From NCBI GenBank assembly GCA_050013255.1, contig JBEKFP010000003.1, positions 192,001 through 256,000 of the forward strand: a stretch of DNA of 64,000 nt, written 5' to 3'. Below are positions 30,461 to 40,394 of the stretch, in pieces. The notes under the pieces were generated by a model. The model was not told the origin of the DNA. It worked only from the letters and a program-made list of their open reading frames with translations, and did no database searches. The translations under genes and the position numbers were made by a program. Numbering within the stretch: position 1 is the first letter of the stretch; the number at the start of each line of letters is the position of its first letter. Origin of the DNA: Candidatus Bathyarchaeia archaeon. GTDB lineage: Archaea; Thermoproteota; Bathyarchaeia; 40CM-2-53-6.

Positions 30461-30963
30461 CGCACACACACTGCCTCATCGTCGAGCTGAAGGAACCACG
30501 CCCCCGCCGTCCGTAACTAACTAATGACCCCTCTCTGAAAAAGGGCATGAAGAAGTACTAACTCTAACGTCGCCTCTAGTCTGCGTTTCCACGTATCGTG
30601 AATTTCTTCGAGTGAGTTTGTCAGTCTACGACCTGGACCGTAACACTTTTCGTTGATAATGATTTAGGAGCCTTCTGATTAGGGCCAAGTCTTGTTCAAT
30701 TCTTGGTAGATTCTGTTTTAGAATTGGTTCCGTCATCGCCCTGGCCGGGGCTCGGGACTTGTTAGCAATTGGCACAGAGTCAGGTTCTTTCTCAAAAGTT
30801 TTCTGGCCTGAAGGTCACTTATTCAACTGTAGAGAGGCCTGGTAGGCGAGGCAGGCGCGTTGACCCTCGCCTGCGAGATACATTCTGTATATTGGCAACC
30901 ATTAAACCGACTTGACGTTGTACTCTGTTCTATACCGATACGAAGGAAGGGTGATTTCAACCA

Positions 30964-31164
30964 TTGAGCCACCAGTGTAAATTGTGTCACCCACCTAAGA
31001 TATTTCGATCAATCGACCGACTGCATGAACATCATTGGACGACTCATCGACGATGGTGCTGCAATGTTTGTCATCATTTGAGTCGACTTCACTCAGGATT
31101 TCATGGTTGTGCAGTCTGTGGTTGCAGATACTCGAAGAAACAGCAAGAGCGCCTTCGTGACTAG
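30964..31164 (+). CDS. Small Cys/His-rich (C2H2-like zinc finger) protein
   Basis: CxxC...HxxxxH, further CxxC pairs; GGTGA RBS-like sequence upstream of TTG. Confidence 0.45.
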   Translation: MSHQCKLCHPPKIFRSIDRLHEHHWTTHRRWCCNVCHHLSRLHSGFHGCAVCGCRYSKKQQERLRD

Positions 31165-31667
31165 AACTCTTTCAGGGCTTCGGAAGTTGCTTATTCGAGT
31201 GTGAGTGCTATGTTGTATCTGAGAGGTGACTAATGTATGGCAAAGCAGAGTAGGGGAGCTAAGAAAGCGTGGACGGCTGCTAGAGATAAGAAGGTGTCGA
31301 AAGCACGCGAGAAGAAGAAGGAACGAAAAGCCGCCCTTTCCACGTATCACTAGGAACGCTGTTCTGACGTAGCGGGACGCTTGTGAGGATCACGGGAATA
31401 GCCTATTCAAGGCAGCAATCATTCCTATCATGGTGTCTGCTCGTCAAAGGTGACTTGGATGAGAACTTGCCCTAAGTGCGGTCACGAGATAAATGGAAGA
31501 GTTTGTGTTGTTAAAGACTGTACTTGTGACTGTTACTATGGTTTGAAACAACCCTAAGCCGATGAGAATTTTGAACCGTCGATCTCGTGTGTGATTTCAT
31601 GATTTTGTGATTTTGTCTACGTGTGGGGGGGTAAGGGTGGTTGGGTCTGGGAGAATGTGTTGTTGTG

Positions 31668-31681
31668 CGCACCATTAGACA
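31668..31681 (-). repeat. Junction F (inverted 14-mer TGTCTAATGGTGCG)
   Basis: + strand TGTGTTGTTGTG|CGCACCATTAGACA; right-hand end degenerate. Confidence 0.7.
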
Positions 31682-31878
31682 ATGCCTACTACTCAAAGCC
31701 ATCCAGGAAAGAGCAACCTGACAATTTGCCGCCAGAGGAAGAAGGTGAAGCCCAGAAACAATATTGTCACAATTGTAAATGATACATTCATTCGCTTGTA
31801 TTCAGCCCGCTCACGGAGAAAGCCTCTATGTGAAATTTTAATTGTACACACAGTAAACGATCATAGGTCTGTGATTTT

Positions 31879-32736
31879 ATGAGTCTTCCGAATTTTCCCG
31901 AAAAGATGGAAGGTAGCCTTTTCTTCAGGGAAATAATGCCTCAGTTTCTTCCTGAATACAATCCGTTTAAACTTGCTATGCTTGGTTTGATTGTTGAAAA
32001 AAAAGGTAAAACCAAGATATATGAAGCATTAAGGTTTAGTCTTCGTAAGATTCAATGGGTTAAGTTGATGGGCTCAAAAGCCATCCATTTGGAAGAGGAA
32101 CTACTAAAGGCGGTCGAGCCAAACAGTTTTGTTTTTGACCCGTTAAGACAAACTGCGCATTCGTTGTGTGTAACCGATTGTCTAATTCATACGAAATCGG
32201 CATTAGATTCAATGGCTGTTTTTCTCACTGACTTGCTTGGATTAGACCAGACGGGTGGAGACAGAGATTTTAAGAAACTTGGATTCAGGGAGTCAGTAAG
32301 TCAAAAAGATGCTTTTCTCAAACACGAAATCAAGAAACTTGAACCTTGGTTCTTAGAATTGCAGGGAGTAAGAGATGAATGGATTCATATCAAGGCAATC
32401 GAATCTCTATCTGTTCATGGAAAAAGCGATGTTGGAATGCTGCCTATTCCGAGAAATATCTACCTTAGTGCTGAAGAACAAAGAAACATACCAATTAATT
32501 CAGAGAATTATTGGTCAACAAAAGATTTTGTTGAACATCATTATGCTCAACTTGCAGAACTATTCGGTGAGATTGTTGACCGTAGTATTCAAATTGAAAA
32601 CCTGGACTTAGCGGAACCTGTTACTGTTCCTGAACACTTTATGAATAATCTGACAATGTTTCCTACACATTCCACCGAGAACATGACTCTCCAAAAAATG
32701 AGGGTGTACGTTCCTAAATCTGTGGTCGATTGGTGA
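31879..32736 (+). CDS. Putative HEPN-domain protein (Cthe_2314-like)
   Basis: KSALDSMA motif and RxxxxH (RDEWIH); visibly AT-rich relative to host genes. Confidence 0.65.
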   Translation: MSLPNFPEKMEGSLFFREIMPQFLPEYNPFKLAMLGLIVEKKGKTKIYEALRFSLRKIQWVKLMGSKAIHLEEELLKAVEPNSFVFDPLRQTAHSLCVTDCLIHTKSALDSMAVFLTDLLGLDQTGGDRDFKKLGFRESVSQKDAFLKHEIKKLEPWFLELQGVRDEWIHIKAIESLSVHGKSDVGMLPIPRNIYLSAEEQRNIPINSENYWSTKDFVEHHYAQLAELFGEIVDRSIQIENLDLAEPVTVPEHFMNNLTMFPTHSTENMTLQKMRVYVPKSVVDW

Positions 32737-32896
32737 CCTGCAGGAAAACTGATTCTTGGGGAATGGATTGTTGTAAGTCGCACTCACACGATTGAGCCAT
32801 GGCATCACCCATTGATGCTGAGATTACCTTTTTCATCGATGAGACCATGGTTGGCTAGAACTATGCTGGGTAAGGTTTTCGTTTCTGGGGGGGGTG

Positions 32897-32910
32897 CGCA
32901 CCAGCTATAA
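32897..32910 (-). repeat. Junction G (inverted 14-mer TTATAGCTGGTGCG)
   Basis: + strand GGGGGGGGTG|CGCACCAGCTATAA|CACGCACACAC. Confidence 0.8.
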
Positions 32911-33058
32911 CACGCACACACTTTACTACCGTGCTGGTCTTGGCTAAGTGTCCCCTAACAACCGCGCTCTCATTTTGGTTTCATTAGCCCTATTTCCACG
33001 TAGAACTGGGAATCTTAGATGGTGAGGCTCTACTTAATTCGTATACTGACTTGTTTCT

Positions 33059-33922
33059 TTGACGGTGAAACTGGTGAAAACCGCCTACTATTATTTCGCG
33101 GTAGAACCGCTGATTGAAAAATACGAAGATGTTCCCGAAGTAAAGCCTCTGATATCGATACCTGTCAAGACCAAGTCGAAAACATTCGAAGTCTCATTCT
33201 TTGCCCTGGGCAACCAACTGCACATGCTTAGGATAGCAGTTCCGAACCTGGAAGAGGATAGGATTTCCGAAGAGGATTCGAAGGTCGTTCAGACGCTAAA
33301 AGAACATGTTCTCTCGGTGTTACGCATAACTTACGACCATGGTGTTAGTTTGTTTCCAATTCATTGGTGGAGCTTCGCTGAGGAAGGAAAGGAATACAGG
33401 GCGGGCATTTCAATACGGGAGCAAATAGAGGAAGCATTCCGCATCAATGCGGGAAACATACGGAACGTTTTCGTGAGTACCTTTCCGCTGAGATATCATA
33501 TTGCGCTCATATCTGATTCACAGGACAGGAGAATCCCATTACAGTACCGATACCTCTCACTTTACAAAATACTCGAACTCGAATTCAAGAAAGGTGGCAG
33601 ATGGAATCGAATACGTCTCAACGAATTCCTGTCCAGATTTGAAAAGGAGTTCCAGAAACTTCACAGTGAGAAAATCGAGCTGCGGAATTATCTGCATTCC
33701 TTGCGAGACAAATGTGCACACGTTAGGACTGGAAAGGACATTATTGGCGTCACTCAGCTAAGCGGCAAAGATATCGAAGAGGTTACCAAATTCTTACCTT
33801 TCATGGCAGAGTTGTGCTCAACACTCCTAAACGAGAAATACAAAGACAAAGGATTCTCTATCGTAAAAGGACAACAGTATTCCGAGTTCTTAGCGAAAGG
33901 GCAGAACGTACCCATTAACTAA
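33059..33922 (+). CDS. Putative HEPN-domain protein (ApeA/MauJ-like)
   Basis: YLSLYKILE and RxxxxH (RDKCAH). Confidence 0.65.
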   Translation: MTVKLVKTAYYYFAVEPLIEKYEDVPEVKPLISIPVKTKSKTFEVSFFALGNQLHMLRIAVPNLEEDRISEEDSKVVQTLKEHVLSVLRITYDHGVSLFPIHWWSFAEEGKEYRAGISIREQIEEAFRINAGNIRNVFVSTFPLRYHIALISDSQDRRIPLQYRYLSLYKILELEFKKGGRWNRIRLNEFLSRFEKEFQKLHSEKIELRNYLHSLRDKCAHVRTGKDIIGVTQLSGKDIEEVTKFLPFMAELCSTLLNEKYKDKGFSIVKGQQYSEFLAKGQNVPIN

Positions 33923-34065
33923 GCTTACCAACGGAGTCATGGTTGAGAAGGCTTTTCGTGTATGATTTTGTAATTTCATGATTTTTTCTACGTGTGGTTG
34001 GTTGGTCGTGGTTGGTCATGGTAGTGGTTGTGGAGCGTAGCAAGGGCGAGCGTAGCGAGGAGGGT

Positions 34066-34079
34066 GGTTTAGTGGTGCG
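34066..34079 (+). repeat. Junction H (GGTTTAGTGGTGCG)
   Basis: GAGGAGGGT|GGTTTAGTGGTGCG|CACACACACA. Confidence 0.8.
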
Positions 34080-34197
34080 CACACACACAGCAAAAAAATG
34101 ACACACAATTACTAATCTGAGATAATCAATACAGCTATCAATTCTCAATATGCTTTCATTGATGCTCAGAAAGCAGGCTACAAGTAACACTGGTTTT

Positions 34198-35112
34198 CTA
34201 TCGTTCGTCTGTCTTAATTCCCGGGAGTTGAACAAGGACTACGCCCACAATGACTAAGAGTATTCCCAGAGTCATAACATAGGTGACGCGCTCATCGAGA
34301 AAGATCCATGCAAGCACAGCAACCTGCACGAGCATACTGTTCTGAATTACTGACAGCTCGTACGCATGGATAGAGCGGAGGACGTGGTTCCAGAGAAGAA
34401 AGGCCAAGGCCGTATTGACAACGCCGAGCCACAATATTATCAGCAGACCATTCAGAGAAATCGGCCTAAGCCCATCGAATACTGCCGCAAGCAGCACAAG
34501 GCCCGCTGTCCCAATTCCCATAGTCAACGTTGTCAGTTTCAATGACCCAAAGGAGTCAACCCTCTGAATTTTCCTGACTATTATCATGTAAATAGCCCAT
34601 GAGAGACTCGAAACGATAACGGCTAGGATTCCGATTTGCTGTCCCGCGCCCGCCAGTCTCTCCGAGAAGAACGCGTAAGCCCCCAGGAGAGCCACAGGCA
34701 AGCCCACCAATTGAAGGCGCGACACTTTTTCTCTGAGAAGCAGGACCCCCAGCACGAGAACGAAGACCGGCGTAAAGTTGAGCACGAAGGTAGACGTAAC
34801 TGCTGGGAGATAGAACAAGCCGACGAACTGGAGACCCTGAGCAAGAGTGTAGCCACATATCCCTGCCGCGACGAGGAGTACTTTCCCATTCGCCACAGTC
34901 GTGCTCTTTCGACCACTCTTCTCAGTCCCCACACGTGCGACATACAACATTCCCAAAACGACGAACGCAAGCGTGTAGCGCTCAGCAGCGAAAAGAAAAA
35001 GAGGAATTTCAAGCAAACCAAACTTGATTAGAACATACGACGATGACCACAAGAAAGTTACCAGAATCGCTTCAGCGTATGCTAGTAGTGGATTCGATTT
35101 CGTGAACGGCAC
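34198..35112 (-). CDS. DMT/EamA family transporter
   Basis: LWSSS....K, 10 TM, NTALAFLLWN. Confidence 0.88.
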   Translation of the reverse strand: MPFTKSNPLLAYAEAILVTFLWSSSYVLIKFGLLEIPLFLFAAERYTLAFVVLGMLYVARVGTEKSGRKSTTVANGKVLLVAAGICGYTLAQGLQFVGLFYLPAVTSTFVLNFTPVFVLVLGVLLLREKVSRLQLVGLPVALLGAYAFFSERLAGAGQQIGILAVIVSSLSWAIYMIIVRKIQRVDSFGSLKLTTLTMGIGTAGLVLLAAVFDGLRPISLNGLLIILWLGVVNTALAFLLWNHVLRSIHAYELSVIQNSMLVQVAVLAWIFLDERVTYVMTLGILLVIVGVVLVQLPGIKTDER

Positions 35113-35229
35113 CGCCAGTCACACACTATCATAATTAATCTTTCATCTTGCTGCATACTATTCAGTTGCTTCTCACGTTCGTTCAAGCCCCCACAAGGTG
35201 CACTGATAACTTATGGAGTTGTGTGTGTG

Positions 35230-35243
35230 ACTGCGCTGGTGCG
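35230..35243 (+). repeat. Junction I (ACTGCGCTGGTGCG)
   Basis: TGTGTGTGTG|ACTGCGCTGGTGCG|CACATATG. Confidence 0.8.
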
Positions 35244-35309
35244 CACATATGAGTCCAGTCCTCGTGGACTCAATATATATTTACAGAAGAGACTCAACTC
35301 TGTGATGCT

Positions 35310-36026
35310 ATGAAGACTAACATAATCGCATACTACAGGAAACATGATCCCTTCTCTAGATATCTAACAACCGACAAGCGAAGGGTGAAACAGATTTATG
35401 GGCTTTACACTTCAAACAAACGCCACTTTGGACGCAGAGTCTTAGATATTGCGTGTGGAGGCGGAGTCTTAGGCTTCATAGTGGAGAGAGAGGGTCGCTC
35501 ATACACTGGCGTTGACGTTAATCCTGACATGATTTCGTCGGCCAGAACTCATGCAAAGGAGGTCGGGTCAAGAAACCGGTTCATCGAAGGAGATGTAACC
35601 CAAATGAAAATCGAAGGAAAATTTGACACCATATGCATTCTGGGCAATGCATTATGTCACTTCTCAACGCACGATTTCTCAAGGATCCTTCAGAACACTG
35701 CCGCATGTAGCGAAAGAGGCGCTTACTTCATAGTAGATTATCGAGATATGGTGCGCCTAATGTTTCACAAAAAGTGGAATATCAAGAAAAGGCTTGTACA
35801 GAAAGAACGGGGAAGAATCAGCACGACAGAGGGTTGTGACACAAGAACCGGGTTCGTTCTAGTAACGACTACAGACCTGCGTGGAAAGAGCGAAGTCGGA
35901 TTCGCTCATGCCATATGGTCGCCATTCATTATCACACCCATCATGAATAATCATGGCTGGTCCATGGTAAAGAGAACATTCTCGAAGAGATTGTCTGAAT
36001 GGCTCGATATCTACCGAAGAACCTAG
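35310..36026 (+). CDS. Class I SAM-dependent methyltransferase
   Basis: VLDIACGGG, GVD, GD, FD. Confidence 0.88.
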   Translation: MKTNIIAYYRKHDPFSRYLTTDKRRVKQIYGLYTSNKRHFGRRVLDIACGGGVLGFIVEREGRSYTGVDVNPDMISSARTHAKEVGSRNRFIEGDVTQMKIEGKFDTICILGNALCHFSTHDFSRILQNTAACSERGAYFIVDYRDMVRLMFHKKWNIKKRLVQKERGRISTTEGCDTRTGFVLVTTTDLRGKSEVGFAHAIWSPFIITPIMNNHGWSMVKRTFSKRLSEWLDIYRRT

Positions 36027-36064
36027 TTGCCAAAAACGATGAACCGATATTTCTCGTGTGTGTG

Positions 36065-36078
36065 GGTATGCTGGTGCG
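36065..36078 (+). repeat. Junction J: GGTATGCTGGTGCG (putative TSD, copy 2 of 3)
   Basis: GTGTGTGTG|GGTATGCTGGTGCG|CCGCCCCCGCCGCCGCC. Confidence 0.85.
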
Positions 36079-36278
36079 CCGCCCCCGCCGCCGCCTAGAT
36101 TAACTTTGTGGTTGGAACGACGGTAGGAACCGAACGACGACGGTAGGATTGGAGACGACGGAACGAGTACGACGACGCTAATACGAACGACGGTAGGAAC
36201 GACGACGACACGCCGATGTTCTATGTTTTATAGGAATTGAAACACGTGGAAGCAACAGCACAGCTAAACTCGCACAAA

Positions 36279-36791
36279 CTAAAATCGCAGAAGGCTTGCA
36301 AGGTATTGAGCAACGGCGAATAGGAAGACGAGAACTACGCCTAGCAAGAATGTCAATAGCGCTTGATAGATTCTTGACTGAGATTGCGCCTTGAGTTTCT
36401 TCGGGAGACCCGTCACATCTGCGACTAGGTACGCTAGGAGGTAGAGAGGCGGGAATATCAAAAAGAGCGACGCCGCCTTGAGATGTGCGAGAGCGACAGT
36501 CAAAAATATCGTCACCACATATCCTCCTAATTCTATCGTCATGAGAAACAGCCCCGCTCTAAATATCCAGCAACTTGATGAAACGTTGCCCCTCTCACCC
36601 TTTGGGGGATAATCCAATGTTTCCCACAACAACAAAACTGCGAGTGCAAAGCTTGTAATTGAAACCAGCTGAACAATTATTTGGTTACCGAAGTGGGCGA
36701 GGACTGCTGAAATGCCGCCGAATACACCAAACGCTTCTAGAAGTTTATCATTAGCTTCAACAAAATCTCGCAGGCTCTTCCTTTGCTCCAA
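36279..36791 (-). CDS. Hypothetical membrane protein
   Basis: 170 aa, about 5 hydrophobic segments. Confidence 0.6.
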   Translation of the reverse strand: MEQRKSLRDFVEANDKLLEAFGVFGGISAVLAHFGNQIIVQLVSITSFALAVLLLWETLDYPPKGERGNVSSSCWIFRAGLFLMTIELGGYVVTIFLTVALAHLKAASLFLIFPPLYLLAYLVADVTGLPKKLKAQSQSRIYQALLTFLLGVVLVFLFAVAQYLASLLRF

Positions 36792-36907
36792 ATCTTGACG
36801 CTCACCAACCTTCGGGATTCGTTATCCACATCGAAGGGATTGCACGAAGGAACTACTTAATCCGTATTCTTGGCCCTTTATTCTTATCATGCCAGTATGC
36901 GTTGACG

Positions 36908-37642
36908 TTAGAAATGTTGTTCCGATGGTTCGGGGCAAAGATGGTGGAGCAATTGGACAACGGTCTTGATCGCTCGTCTGCAATCAGATTCGATGACGCT
37001 TTTTTCTGTGACTTTTCCGTTCGCAATCATTGGCATTAGGCCTCTGGTCAAGGCCTTCGCATACTTGTCATAATTGCCTGTGTGCAAGGAAGGATTTCTA
37101 ATTCTTGAAAGCCAGAGCAAGTCGATTTTCTCTCTCTTCGTCAACGTCCCTTCGCTGGCGAGCCTTCTGACCAACCGCCAATACTGCGCTTCGGAGCCTT
37201 TCGCTTTACGCCGGATAACAGATTCGACTACAGCTTGACACATGATAATTGTTGCGTAGTGTGCGCCGTTCATATAGCACGCCCCAACCTCCGGCAAAAG
37301 CAGACTCGTGAGAACGGGGATCCTCCACATTTCGTGAGGAAATTGTTTTCTCAGCCAGCGTGCTCTTCTCTCTTGCTCCAATTCAAGTAACCGATCCCGT
37401 TCATCAAGATCGTCGGCATAGGGCCGCAATACTCCAGAAAAAGCGAAGGCGTCTGCCCCAGTCCAGTCATAAGGCCCGCTTGCCCATTCTTCAATGATCT
37501 GTTTTCGGCGGTGGAGCAGCGTCTTCGTTCTATTCTTCAATGACCGTTGAACCTCTACACAGGATACCTGTAGAGTTTGTTTTGGCGGATTACGTAGATT
37601 CCTAGATTTTCCTTGGGTATGTGTACCTTGAAGAAGTACCAT
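36908..37642 (-). CDS. Putative HEPN (DUF4145-like) protein
   Basis: CY..G..YATIIMC.AVVE and RxxxxH (RNPSLH); true start probably internal. Confidence 0.6.
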   Translation of the reverse strand: MVLLQGTHTQGKSRNLRNPPKQTLQVSCVEVQRSLKNRTKTLLHRRKQIIEEWASGPYDWTGADAFAFSGVLRPYADDLDERDRLLELEQERRARWLRKQFPHEMWRIPVLTSLLLPEVGACYMNGAHYATIIMCQAVVESVIRRKAKGSEAQYWRLVRRLASEGTLTKREKIDLLWLSRIRNPSLHTGNYDKYAKALTRGLMPMIANGKVTEKSVIESDCRRAIKTVVQLLHHLCPEPSEQHF

Positions 37643-38013
37643 ATGCGCTGTCTTTCACGCCGTGTCCAGGGCGACGCCTTGAAAACTTCCACACGCTTGT
37701 AATCCCACTTACCCGTTTTCCTGTTCCTTGTTGTTCCGAAGCATAACTCTCTGTAAATGAATCCTTGTTCTCTCAGCTTCCTTTTGACCAAGGCGAGTTT
37801 TTCCCTCAGCCTCTTTGAGACGGGTAAATCTTCAGTTCTAGTTGTCTTATTGTATTTGAGGTACCATCTCTTCAGATCGGCTTCTTCGAAGACTGACTTC
37901 GCAACCCGCCGTATCGTGCCGTGTTCGTTTCTAAGCACTAGAACCCTGATAGTACGGCCTTTCACGTGGCGCTCTTCATATTGTAAGCGCCAGACCTTGA
38001 GCTTAGGAATCAA
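37555..38013 (-). CDS. Hypothetical basic protein
   Basis: 152-aa Arg/Lys-rich ORF co-oriented with the HNH operon. Confidence 0.5.
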   Translation of the reverse strand: MIPKLKVWRLQYEERHVKGRTIRVLVLRNEHGTIRRVAKSVFEEADLKRWYLKYNKTTRTEDLPVSKRLREKLALVKRKLREQGFIYRELCFGTTRNRKTGKWDYKRVEVFKASPWTRRERQRIWYFFKVHIPKENLGIYVIRQNKLYRYPV

Positions 38014-38066
38014 CGCTCAAAACCCGTAAACACAGACGACGATAAGGGCGCTGAGAACCGTCTATG

Positions 38067-38387
38067 CTAACTGAGTTTCCTACGTGGATGCGATAAACGA
38101 TATTTCCTGTCGCTCTCACGTCTTTCCGCACGATGTGCTTCCCGATATTTTCTATCACTCTCTCGTCTTTCGGCACGGTGTGCTTCTCTATATTTCCTAT
38201 CACTCTCACGTCCTTCTTTACGGCGCGCTTTTCGGTACTTCTCGTCCCTCTCATGTATTTCCGTGCGGTGTCCGTCCCGATATTTTCTATGTTCCTCAAG
38301 TCTTTCCGCACGGTGCGTTTCTCTATATCTCCTATCGTTTTCTCTTGCCTTTTCAGGATGAAGAGACCGCCAACTTCTCCTTTTCAT
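38067..38387 (-). CDS. Charged repeat protein (six 15-aa repeats, RESDRKYREAHRAER-like)
   Basis: 45-bp periodicity in the DNA; GGAG RBS; follows HNH gene. Confidence 0.55.
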   Translation of the reverse strand: MKRRSWRSLHPEKARENDRRYRETHRAERLEEHRKYRDGHRTEIHERDEKYRKARRKEGRESDRKYREAHRAERRESDRKYREAHRAERRESDRKYRLSHPRRKLS

Positions 38388-38399
38388 CTAATGCCACGT

Positions 38400-38897
38400 T
38401 CAGTGTTTTTCCTCGTGTTTCCAAGTTCTATACTTCAATATGGAAATAATCGCACCTCGGCTGACGCCGTATTCTTTGGCGAGGGTCCCAAAGCCGACTC
38501 CAGCTTTATGGTCTCTCGCATATCTCGCCCGAATTTCGACAACTTGATTCCGAGTTAGCTTATGTGCGGGCGAGTCTTCTCCTCTGAGACCTCTGGAACG
38601 GCCCTTTCTCGCCCTGTCTTCGGCGTTCTCCTTGAGTGTTCCGACAGACAAGTGCGCCGGATTTACGCAAGCACGGTTATCGCAATGATGCAAAACACAC
38701 TTTCCTTCGGGTATGCGTCCATATTCGAATTCCCAAGCAACTCGGTGAGCCATAGGCGTATGTCCGCGGTAATGGAATCGGCCATATCCATCTTGGTTCT
38801 TGACACCCATCCAAATCCAACAACCATTATCCTCTTTGCGGACTTTTTCCCAAAAGCGCTCCTTGACAGATGATACCCTCCTTGGCATGATTCTCAC
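38400..38897 (-). CDS. HNH endonuclease with C-terminal HTH
   Basis: RFWEKV, CWIW.G, GYG, AHRVAW, LHHCDNRACVNPAHL..GT..EN..D. Confidence 0.9.
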   Translation of the reverse strand: MRIMPRRVSSVKERFWEKVRKEDNGCWIWMGVKNQDGYGRFHYRGHTPMAHRVAWEFEYGRIPEGKCVLHHCDNRACVNPAHLSVGTLKENAEDRARKGRSRGLRGEDSPAHKLTRNQVVEIRARYARDHKAGVGFGTLAKEYGVSRGAIISILKYRTWKHEEKH

Positions 38898-38946
38898 ATG
38901 TCCAACATTGCGTCTCTAATCATGCTAGGAACAACTTGCCAATCAA

Positions 38947-39081
38947 TCAATTCTTCAGCCAGAGTTTGATAGCTTCCTCTAACGCTTTGATTACTGCACC
39001 TTTCTGACCGCCATACTTCTCCACGGCTTTCAGCCTGAACTTCTTCTCTAGCTCTTTGTCAATCTTGCCATACACTACCAA
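38947..39081 (-). CDS. Ribbon-helix-helix (CopG-like) regulator, 44 aa (not in ORF track)
   Basis: TTG start; VVYGKIDKELEKKFRLKAVEKYGGQKGAVIKALEEAIKLWLKN; divergent from cas1. Confidence 0.7.
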   Translation of the reverse strand: MVVYGKIDKELEKKFRLKAVEKYGGQKGAVIKALEEAIKLWLKN

Positions 39082-39097
39082 ACCGTAATCCGCTCAA

Positions 39098-39152
39098 CTT
39101 GCTATCTAGATAACAAGCCTTATACGTTTTAGCTTGTGGTCTAGATAACTTG
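39098..39152. promoter_or_regulatory. Putative operator pair in the RHH/cas1 divergent promoter
   Basis: TCTAGATAAC at 39105-39114 and 39140-39149; the first lies in the near-palindrome CTTGCTATCTAGATAACAAG; TTATA between the copies. Confidence 0.5.
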
Positions 39153-39178
39153 CGATATAGCATTTCGAGGTTTGAGGC

Positions 39179-40393
39179 ATGAACCCGTTACATCTCGGCG
39201 GTTTCGGCGTCGAAATTCAAGCAAGCAACCCAAAGCCACACGCCGAACTCATGATTACGAATGGACGGCGAAGCGAAAGCCTACCAGAACGCTACCTCTT
39301 TCTGCCAAGAAAAATAGTATACGATTCAATCATACTCGAAAACTGTACTGGACATGTTTCACTTTCAGCCTTACGCTGGTTGAGCAAACACAACATTCCA
39401 ATCTTCTTCTTAAACTTCGACGGCTCAACCATCAGCAGCATTCTACCACCAACACCAGTTAAAGCGGATTTACGTGCCGCACAATTTCAAGCCGCCAACG
39501 ACCCTGAAAAGAAGTTCAGAATCGCCCACGCGCTGGTAGAAGCGAAGATCGCTAGGAGCATACAGGTTCTAGACTGGTTAGCTCAGCGTTACGACATACA
39601 AAGAGAAGTACAAGTCACAAACGGCGAAGCTGTCAAGCTAGGCGAAGCCTCCACGGTCAATCAACTACGCACCGTTGAGGGCAGAACGGCGCTTCGATAT
39701 TGGGAAGCATTCCGCAAAACTCTGCCTGAATCTCTACATTTCGAGGGACGCATGACCACAAGCCACAACAACAACGCCTCCGACCCATTCAACGCGGCGC
39801 TGAACTATGGCTATGGATACCTGAAAATTATGTGCAGAACGGCGATTAACTCTGTGGGACTAGAGCCCGCCGTAGGCTTCCTGCATGAACTCAGCTCCAC
39901 TCAAACAGCAGAAAGCCTAGTCTATGACTTGGAGGAACCATTCAGATGGCTCATAGACCTCTGTGTGATTCAAGCGTTCGAAACCGGCAGCCTAGGCTTG
40001 GCAGACTTCGCTTTCACCAAAGACAATTACGAATATCGAATTGAGTGGGAAGGTAAGACACGGCTCCGTCAATTGCTGACGGAGACATTCAATTCAAGAG
40101 TAAGGTATGGCGGGCAAGTGTTGAAGTGGGACACCGTAATCGAACAGAAAACCTTGGAACTCAGCCGATACTTGACGGGAAAGGCGCCCACGTTGGACTT
40201 CAATGAACCCGCACCGACGTTAGAAAGACAGGATAACCGAGAAGTCAGAGAAAACATTCTGGCCCTAACACAGTCTGAGGCTAGGCAACGTGGGATTGGG
40301 AAGAGTACGCTTCACTATCTACACAAGAACGCACATGAGCGCAGTTCTTTTAGACTCTATGAGCCTGTAAGACGAAAGCTGTTGGGCGGTTAA
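39179..40393 (+). CDS. cas1: Solo Cas1, casposase-like (family-2-type C-terminal HTH)
   Basis: VEG...RYW, DPFNAALNYGYGYL, GLEPAVGFLHE, SLVYDLEEPFR (catalytic E/H/E appear intact); C-terminal GIGKSTLHYL; no cas2, other cas gene or CRISPR array in the window. Confidence 0.93.
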   Translation: MNPLHLGGFGVEIQASNPKPHAELMITNGRRSESLPERYLFLPRKIVYDSIILENCTGHVSLSALRWLSKHNIPIFFLNFDGSTISSILPPTPVKADLRAAQFQAANDPEKKFRIAHALVEAKIARSIQVLDWLAQRYDIQREVQVTNGEAVKLGEASTVNQLRTVEGRTALRYWEAFRKTLPESLHFEGRMTTSHNNNASDPFNAALNYGYGYLKIMCRTAINSVGLEPAVGFLHELSSTQTAESLVYDLEEPFRWLIDLCVIQAFETGSLGLADFAFTKDNYEYRIEWEGKTRLRQLLTETFNSRVRYGGQVLKWDTVIEQKTLELSRYLTGKAPTLDFNEPAPTLERQDNREVRENILALTQSEARQRGIGKSTLHYLHKNAHERSSFRLYEPVRRKLLGG

Positions 40394-40394
40394 T

